Part shown: positions 58,221-64,000 of the stretch, in pieces
How positions within the stretch are numbered: position 1 is the first letter of the stretch
How the letters are laid out: each line of letters starts with the position of its first letter
Assembly (NCBI GenBank): GCA_964016885.1
Contig: OZ024742.1
Coordinates: forward strand, 162,068,001 to 162,132,000
Source: Eledone cirrhosa
Lineage: Eukaryota
Direction: 5' to 3'
Length of the DNA: 64,000 nucleotides
The notes under the pieces: generated by a model
What the model saw: only the letters and a program-made list of their open reading frames with translations
The model's database searches: none
Told to the model about the DNA's origin: nothing
Made by a program: the position numbers and the translations under genes

Positions 58221-59990
58221 CAGACCCAAACTAAAGTACTAGCCTCTCTCTCAACAGACCCAAACTAAACTACAGCCTCTCTCTCTACAGACCCAAACTA
58301 AACTACTAGCTCTCTACAGACCCAAACTAAACTACTAGCTCTCTACAGACCCAAACTAAACTACTAGCCTCAACAGACCCAAACTAAACTACTAGCCCTC
58401 AACAGACCCAAACTAAACTACTAACTCTCAACAGACCCAAACTAAACTACTAGCTCTCTACAGACCCAAACTAAACTACTAGCTCTCAACAGACCCAAAC
58501 TAAACTACTAGCTCTCTACAGACCCAAACTAAACTACTAGCTCTCTACAGACCCAAACTAAACTACTAGCTCTCTACAGACCCAAACTAAACTACTAGCC
58601 TCAACAGACCCAAACTAAACTACTAGCTCTCTACAGACCCAAACTAAACTACTAGCCTCAACAGACCCAAACTAAACTACTAGCTCTCTACAGACCCAAA
58701 CTAAACTACTAGCTCTCTACAGACCCAAACTAAACTACTAGCTCTCTACAGACCCAAACTAAACTACTAGCTCTCTACAGACCCAAACTAAACTACTAGC
58801 TCTCTACAGACCCAAACTAAACTACTAGCTCTCTACAGACCCAAACTAAACTACTAGCTCTCTACAGACCCAAACTAAACTACTAGCTCTCAACAGACCC
58901 AAACTAAACTACTAGCCTCAACAGACCCAAATTAAACTACTAGCTCTCTACAGACCCAAACTAAACTACTAGCCTCTCTCTACAGACCCAAACTAAAGTA
59001 CTAGCCTCTCTCTCAACAGACCCAAACTAAACTGCTAGCTCTCTACAGACCCAAACTAAACTACTAGCTCTCTACAGACCCAAACTAAACTACTAGCCTC
59101 AACAGACCCAAACTAAACTACTAGCTGTCAACAGACCCAAACTAAACTACTAGCCTTAACAGACCCAAACTAAACTACTAGCTCTCTACAGACCCAAACT
59201 AAACAACTAGCCTCTCTACAGACCCAAACTAAACAACTAACCTCTCTACAGACCCAAACTAAATTACTAGCCTCTCTCTACAGACCTAAACTAAACTACT
59301 AGCTCTCTACAGACCCAAACTAAACTACTAGCCTATTTCTACAGACCTAAACTAATCTAGCAGCCTCTACAGATCTAAACTAAATGTTAGCACAGCTAGT
59401 AGTATGTCCACATCAGACATTTAACTTGATTAAGAATAACTCAGATGTTTGAATGTGCAATTGCAGAGCCCTAAACCAGTTCCTCTTAACCAATGCCAAA
59501 CATAATATACAAATCCACAAACCCTACATACAATAATACTTTTTATCACATATGCTGCTGTCACAACATTTAAAAGATTGTTTTATAATCACATTTACTA
59601 TTTTACAAATAAAAATAGGTTTTTCATTGCCTTGCTGAATTGCCTGGAAATTAAAGGAAGAAAATATAGAATGCTTACTAAATTTGTCAATAATTAGAAT
59701 CGCTAGTCCATAAGGTGTTGGGTGGAGTGAATGTAATTTATGTACTGTCAAATAATGAAATAATTGCTGGATGTGTAAATAGATCTAGAAAAACGTTTTA
59801 AACCACTCCATTAAATAATTATAAACTAATAATTATTGCAAAGCTAAATTATTGAGGACTAAAATAAAACTCATATTAAGAAAAAAGTATCAAACACTAT
59901 ATATCAACAGTGGTTTCTCACATATCTCAATCTATTAAATAATATGTGGTAAATATTATTCCATTTATATTTTATGTTTTTATATCCAAC

Positions 59991-60262
59991 TATGTTGAAG
60001 ATGACCTTAACTCGTGAGAAGGGGATCTCTAACATGCACTTGATAGGTTTGCTGCCGAGTGCTACATGGCTGGAATGAAAATCAGTGCTGCAAAGACAGA
60101 GACTTGTCCTCTCAAGGAAGCCTGCACTGTGCACTCAACATGTGAGTGGAGTTCCATTGAAGCAGGAGGAGAAGTTCAAGTATCGCAGGGCTGTGTTCAT
60201 GAATGATGGAAGTCAGAAGACTGAATTAAGTGCAGAAGCTGGTGCAGTAATGCACCAGCTTC
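59991..60262 (+). mobile_element. Degenerate LINE fragment, RTE clade (Expander/Rex3-like), C-terminal part of reverse transcriptase
   Basis: Manual translation gives YVEDDLNS*EGDL*HALDRFAAECYMAGMKISAAKTE, a frameshift, then LVLSRKPALCTQHVSGVPLKQEEKFKYRRAVFMNDGSQKTELS..AGAVMHQL. This matches the recalled RTE pattern (F/Y)ADD..LQ.AL.RFAAEC..AGM.IS..K.E...L.QVE.FKYLG..F..DG. Two stops and a frameshift. Confidence 0.85.
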
Positions 60263-60306
60263 TGCATTCATTTGAGAATGTTTATATAAGTAACTGCAAT
60301 CTTCCT

Positions 60307-60370
60307 TTTAGTGGCAGTCACCGTTGAGACCTCATGAGTTTAGTGGCAGTCACCGTTGAGACCTCATGAG
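60307..60370 (+). repeat. Perfect 32-bp tandem duplication (TTTAGTGGCAGTCACCGTTGAGACCTCATGAG x2)
   Basis: Copies at 60307-60338 and 60339-60370 are identical. Confidence 0.95.
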
Positions 60371-60556
60371 TTCTCAGTCTCCAAATTGCTATTTTCCTCT
60401 GCAAAATTGGGAAGACTGCAACCTGCCTGTGGAAGGAGCCCTGTGATGTAGGGTGGCTGCTGCAGCGAGTACTACAGGTCATTCCCACTTTCCCTTTCTG
60501 TCATTGCTTAATTTCTTTCTCTTTTTTTCATATTTTCCCTTTCATTATTTTTGCCC

Positions 60557-60745
60557 TGGATTGGCAGTATCGGTAAAGGGTCAGATACCATGCTTTCCAA
60601 CATAGAGTTACGGCCCTTTATGGTCTAAGTTCAAATCCCACTGGGGTTAACTTTGCCTTTTCATCCTTACGGGGGTTGATAAAATAAAGTACCAGTAATT
60701 CATTGGGATAATTGCTGGCCTTGTGCCAAAAGTAGAAACAATTAT
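60557..60745 (+). mobile_element. tRNA-derived SINE, degenerate (resembles octopus OK-type / Meta-domain SINE)
   Basis: A-box-like TGGCAGTATCGG (60562-60573), B-box GTTCAAATCC (60629-60638), then CTTTGCCTTTTCATCCTTACGGGGGTTGATAAAATAAAGTACCAG resembling a conserved SINE central domain, and an AT-rich end. Family name is from memory. Confidence 0.75.
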
Positions 60746-60797
60746 TTTTGCCCCAAGTGAGCTAAACATGGTCCTCTAACCCGATTCTCTCCCTAAG

Positions 60798-60859
60798 GGT
60801 CAACCCATCCTACCCATGCTAGTGTGGAAGATGGACGTTAAATGATGATGATGATGATC
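60798..60859 (+). mobile_element. 3' tail of a SINE/RTE-type LINE ending in (ATG)n
   Basis: CCCATCCTACCCATGCTAGTGTGGAAGATGGACGTTAAATGATGATGATGATGAT; a related copy lies on the minus strand at 63844-63896. Confidence 0.65.
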
Positions 60860-60944
60860 ATCTGAAATGTTTTTGTGACAGAATGGTTATTGAATGAGCC
60901 TGTGTAAGTATGACTGAAAAAGTGAGGAGCTATGAGTCAAGCCA

Positions 60945-61557
60945 TATTATTATATATTTTATACAAAATATAAAAGTAGGTGACTATACAATATATAGTA
61001 CTATCAACAGAATTCGTAATATAATCGGCTTGTCTCCCCACAGCCCCGGCGGACAGAATAGAGAAGGCATTTCCCCGGAGGACGGCAAGGGAGACGCGCT
61101 GGTTAAGCCACTCCAACTTGCAGGGCTCACACCTGCAGCTGGCCAGCTCAGCGCCTATGGTGGTGAGTAGGGAGGTAGCCCTAGGGCCGAGGACACCAGA
61201 AGTCTCCACTGCCAAGGGTACAACCGCAAACCTGTCGGAGACCGACCAGTATTTGAAGAGTTTGGCCTCCTCAGCCCGATGTGCAGCAGAACCCGTGTTA
61301 GTCGCAGACTGCACCAGGTTGCGGCTGCAAAAAGTGTCAGTGCAAGTGGCATACCAGATGAGGGGTTTGCCACCGCGGAACAGGAAGATGGTCATGCCAT
61401 CTGGCCTTTTACCGTCCTCTCAGTCCAGCTCGAGCTGAGAAGGGAAGCCTGCAGCGTCCAAGCCATGCTTTATGACCTCGTTGAGAGCAGCATGGTGTGG
61501 AAGGTGGCCGGCATTGTGGCGACAGGAAAGTGGGTGGAGGCCGAAAGAGTCCACAGT
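60945..61557 (-). mobile_element. 5'-truncated non-LTR retrotransposon with restriction-like endonuclease domain, CRE-clade-like; inactive
   Basis: A single frame from 61557 reads TVDSFGLHPLSCRHNAGHLPHHAALNEVIKHGLDAAGFPSQLELD*EDGKRPDGMTIFLFRGGKPLIWYATCTDTF...AEEAKLFKYW...VPLAVETSGVLGP...WLNQRVSLAVLRGNAFSIL. It contains the second half of a CCHC knuckle (H...C), an RH-equivalent, RPD, KY, E.SG.LG and QR.SLAV.RGNA motifs. In-frame TGA at 61420-61422; AT-rich 3' end. Confidence 0.88.
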
Positions 61558-61652
61558 TTATTGTTACATAATTCAGAGCAGTTGTGAGCTTGATCATTGT
61601 TGAAATGAGTGTTACATAAACACATACTACATTGATCTTCATGTTCTGATTT

Positions 61653-61804
61653 CACACACACTTCTGCAGTTCTAATTACAAAATTCCACTCACAAAGATA
61701 TTGGTCAACCTAAGGCTATAGTAGAAGACATTTGCCCAAGGTGCTGCAAAGTGGGCCTGAACCCAGGACTATGTGGTTGCAAAGCGAACTCCTTAACCAC
61801 ACAG
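61653..61804 (-). mobile_element. tRNA-derived SINE 5' half (CORE-like; resembles octopus OR-type SINE)
   Basis: Minus strand reads CTGTGTGGTTAAG (A-box-like)...GGTTCAGGCCC (B-box-like, 61753-61763)...CACCTTGGGCAAATGTCTTCTACTATAGCC...TGTGAGTGGAATT, ending in a (TG)n tract. Family name is from memory. Confidence 0.75.
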
Positions 61805-62073
61805 ACAGACTAGAAATCAAAGTAAATTTACTTACGTTGTACTGCATGTCTAGCGGTTGTATCCACATTTGTTTCAGTCAGAGATCTTTATATAAAACAT
61901 GTCAAACAATGCTGTGAGATCATCTCAGAAGAAATATTTTAAAGATGTGTGAAGATTCAATAATGTTGTAGAAGTAATTGTTCCATCTGCTCTTGAGAGA
62001 TTGTAACAATAATATACATTGAAATGAGTGTGTGAGAATGTGTTTAACATAATTTAACTATTAGATCCATGTG

Positions 62074-62077
<4 letters not shown>

Positions 62078-62105
<28 letters not shown>
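62078..62105. repeat. (TA)14 microsatellite
   Basis: Directly visible. Confidence 0.95.
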
Positions 62106-62384
62106 ATGTTATATATGCACACACTTGTTTCTGTGTCCAAATATATTCATATTTTCAGTAGTTTAAAAAATATATATAATTCTTGCTATTAATTCTGATT
62201 GGATCACTCCGTCACTATCTGTAGAACCTGAAGGAGAGAATAAAAAAGAAAGAAATATATATAATACTATTAAATAAACAACTAATAAAGAGTTTATCAT
62301 CATCATCATCTTAACAGCATCATAAAGGCCCCAGGATTAGTGGATTGTATGTTTCTTCAGTCCACTCACTTGGCAACAGGGAGT

Positions 62385-62552
62385 TGTACTTGTATTTTAA
62401 AGGGCCAGCCTTATCACACACTATGTCAAGCTCAATCTCCATGAGATCAACATTAATGGTCTGTATGTCTGTGGAATGCTCGGCCACTTGCATATTAACT
62501 TATGTTGTTCAAACAGCTGGAACATTAGCTGCTAGAATCAACAGAGGTCCAA
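62385..62552 (+). mobile_element. Probable interspersed repeat fragment (SINE 3' body)
   Basis: GGGCCAGCCTTATCACACAC...TGTCTGTGGAATGCTCGGCCACTTGCATATTAA...CAGCTGGAAC resembles a recalled abundant octopus repeat. There is no second copy in the window to confirm it. Confidence 0.45.
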
Positions 62553-62779
62553 CGCGTGCACGCGGCAGTGTGCCAGTGAAAAGTGTGTAGCAGTGAACAA
62601 AATACAGTGTAGCATTTGACTGTGCTCTTATGTATTCTGACTTCAAATGTTGCTCGAATTGACTTAATCCATCATCAATACAAATTCGATAAAGTCCCGG
62701 TAATATGTTTGTCTTAAGTTGGATGCTCCACCCACCACCAGGTACCAAAAAAATTAATATCATTATCTTCACCATGGAA

Positions 62780-62910
62780 GGTAAATTTTCCTTGCATCCT
62801 TTCAAGGTCGATAAATAGAGTACCATGGATTGACAGAGTCATTAAAGAGTTGGATGGGATGCTTCATGGTTTCTGTTGCAGCTGTATATGTTCTGAGTTC
62901 AGATCCCACT
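62780..62910 (+). mobile_element. SINE fragments related to 60557-60745: central domain (62780-62825) followed by a tRNA-like head (62826-62910)
   Basis: CCTTGCATCCTTTCAAGGTCGATAAATAGAGTACCA matches the core at ~60655-60695. GGATTGACAGAGTCATTAAAG and TATGTTCTGAGTTCAGATCCCACT match GGATTGGCAGTATCGGTAAAG and TATGGTCTAAGTTCAAATCCCACT of the first copy. Confidence 0.7.
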
Positions 62911-62954
62911 TCTTGTCATTGGAAAAAGCAGTGGTGCTTTTGCCAGTTGTAATT

Positions 62955-63149
62955 AGCAGATAATATACCCCTTCCAAGATAGGCTGACTTCTTGTGGAAA
63001 GTAACAGGCCTGAAAGAATGGTAGATGGTATACCCGTTTCCCAGTAGACTGACCTCACATGTGAATAAGTTGACTTCAAAGACCAGCAGATAGTATACCC
63101 CTTTCACACTTGGCTGGTCTCTTGAGGAAAGTAATCAACCTTATAAGTC
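62955..63149 (+). repeat. Diverged 65-bp tandem repeat, 3 copies
   Basis: Units start at 62955 (AGCAGATAATATACCCCTTCC), 63020 (GGTAGATGGTATACCCGTTTCC) and 63085 (AGCAGATAGTATACCCCTTTC), spaced exactly 65 bp apart. Confidence 0.75.
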
Positions 63150-63843
63150 TGATCATGACATTTTTGTACTATGATGTAAGAGGAAATAAAGAAAAGTGTC
63201 ACCGTCATTTTTCCATTCTTTTTAGCCGATATTTCACTAGAGTTAACTTGATTCTTTTGTTAGTAGTTCATCAATAAAATTAGATAAACATCAAATCTAA
63301 ATACAATGGTTACTGAGTCAGTTAAGCTCATATCAGCCGATGTGATCTCACATAGTATTATTTCATATTTTGGTAGCTAAGTCATGATTTTTATAATACC
63401 AAATCGTGATTTTTTATAAAGACCCTTCCCATTCGACCAAAAAAAAAAAGAGTATTTATTTCAACCCACCATAGTTATCGTGTCAAATAATTTCCTTAGC
63501 CTTTCAATTTTAATTTCTGTTTGATTAACCCTTTTGTGATACCAAGAGAATATAATTCAAAAGTACATCAAGACTCAAGAAAAGCTGTTTGTATTACAAC
63601 AGTATATATGGGGCAACTAAAGCAAAACACACTACTAAAGGGAACAGAAAAGGAAGAAAAGAAAAGAAAATGAAAAGGAGAAAAAGAGTGATTATATTTA
63701 TAATGAAATAGGTGTGAACTGTAAATTTCGTGTGTTTTCATTTAGTTTCTCCCATATATACTGTCTGTACTACAAACAGTTTTTCTTAAGTGTTGATCTA
63801 TTTCAATTAATGAAGAATTTTGAGGAATTTACAAAAATTGTTT

Positions 63844-63896
63844 CATCACCATCATTTTATGTCCGCTTTTCCCTGCTTGCAAGAGTGGGATGGGTC
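63844..63896 (-). mobile_element. Second copy of the SINE/LINE 3' tail
   Basis: Reverse complement GACCCATCCCACTCTTGCAAGCAGGGAAAAGCGGACATAAAATGATGGTGATG aligns by eye with 60802-60858. Confidence 0.6.
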
Positions 63897-63944
63897 CTCT
63901 TCAGCACAGCATCTCTCCATTTGTCACAGTCCTTTGTCAACATG

Positions 63945-63984
63945 TACATACATACATACATACATACATACATACATACATACA
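63945..63984. repeat. (TACA)10 microsatellite
   Basis: Directly visible. Confidence 0.95.
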
Positions 63985-64000
63985 TGACTGTAAAACGGGG

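Larger units (their letters stand above)
1..59392 (+). repeat. Tandem satellite array, ~29-bp monomer (28-32 bp variants), consensus ACAGACCCAAACTAAACTACTAGCTCTCT, roughly 2,000 copies; continues past the left window edge
   Basis: Directly visible head-to-tail repetition, all in one orientation with no foreign insertion seen. Stem ACAGACCCAAACTAAACTACTAG is followed by linkers CTCTCT, CTCTCA, CCTCA, CCTCC, CCTCTCT, CCTCTCTCC etc. Copy number is estimated as length/~29.5. Confidence 0.99.

Noticed and set aside
1-59392. CRISPR array (constant repeat plus variable spacer)
   Set aside because: The variable parts are only 5-9 bp, low-complexity and reused; there are no unique spacers or cas genes, and the context is eukaryotic.
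1-59392. Directly telomerase-synthesised long repeat
   Set aside because: Rare variants are copied in exact kilobase-scale blocks, which points to recombination or replication-based duplication rather than re-templating from an RNA.
1-59392. G-quadruplex-forming array or nucleosome-phasing signal (5x29=145 bp)
   Set aside because: There is only one GGG per 29 bp on the minus strand with ~26-nt loops, and variable monomer length breaks any fixed phase; no support from sequence alone.
59468-59476. Isolated CCCTAAA (plant-type telomere word) near the junction
   Set aside because: A single 7-mer is expected by chance and is not tandem.
59524-60134. 75- and 76-aa minus-strand ORFs
   Set aside because: AT-rich random-like peptides with no motifs; one is antisense to the RTE relic.
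60940-61575. Target-site duplication around the CRE fragment
   Set aside because: Only short AT-rich matches (e.g. TTATT) on both sides; not distinguishable from chance.
60910-61661. Overlapping ORFs of 63-106 aa on both strands around the CRE fragment
   Set aside because: Shadow frames of a GC-rich retrotransposon relic; only the minus frame containing 60937-61395 has recognisable motifs.
61730-61804. tRNA gene
   Set aside because: A/B-box-like motifs are present, but there is no convincing cloverleaf and it continues into a SINE body.
61732-63107. Short ORFs (61-105 aa) overlapping SINEs and the 65-bp repeat
   Set aside because: No recognisable domains; they lie within repeat fragments.

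Overview
Eukaryotic, non-coding window with no intact genes. Positions 1 to ~59,392 (about 93%) are one uninterrupted head-to-tail satellite. Its ~29-bp monomer (consensus ACAGACCCAAACTAAACTACTAGCTCTCT) is a near-constant 23-bp stem plus a variable 5-9-bp C/T linker. The + strand is strongly C/A-rich and G-poor. Rare point variants reveal nested kilobase-scale higher-order duplications with offsets of 1738, ~2280-2420, ~3170, 2376 inside 5258, 1805, ~1300-1330 and ~2380-2555 bp. The array runs off the left edge and decays over ~200 bp at its right end. The last ~4.6 kb is AT-rich and full of decayed retroelements: an RTE-clade RT fragment, a 5'-truncated CRE-like (restriction-like endonuclease) non-LTR fragment with many CpG-type substitutions, several tRNA-derived SINE pieces, a 32-bp duplication, a diverged 3x65-bp repeat and microsatellites. 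The SINE pieces resemble, from memory, octopus/cephalopod SINEs. The most interesting hypothesis, unproven, is that the array is a telomere-like or subtelomeric satellite maintained by recombination. All family names come from recalled motifs, not database searches.
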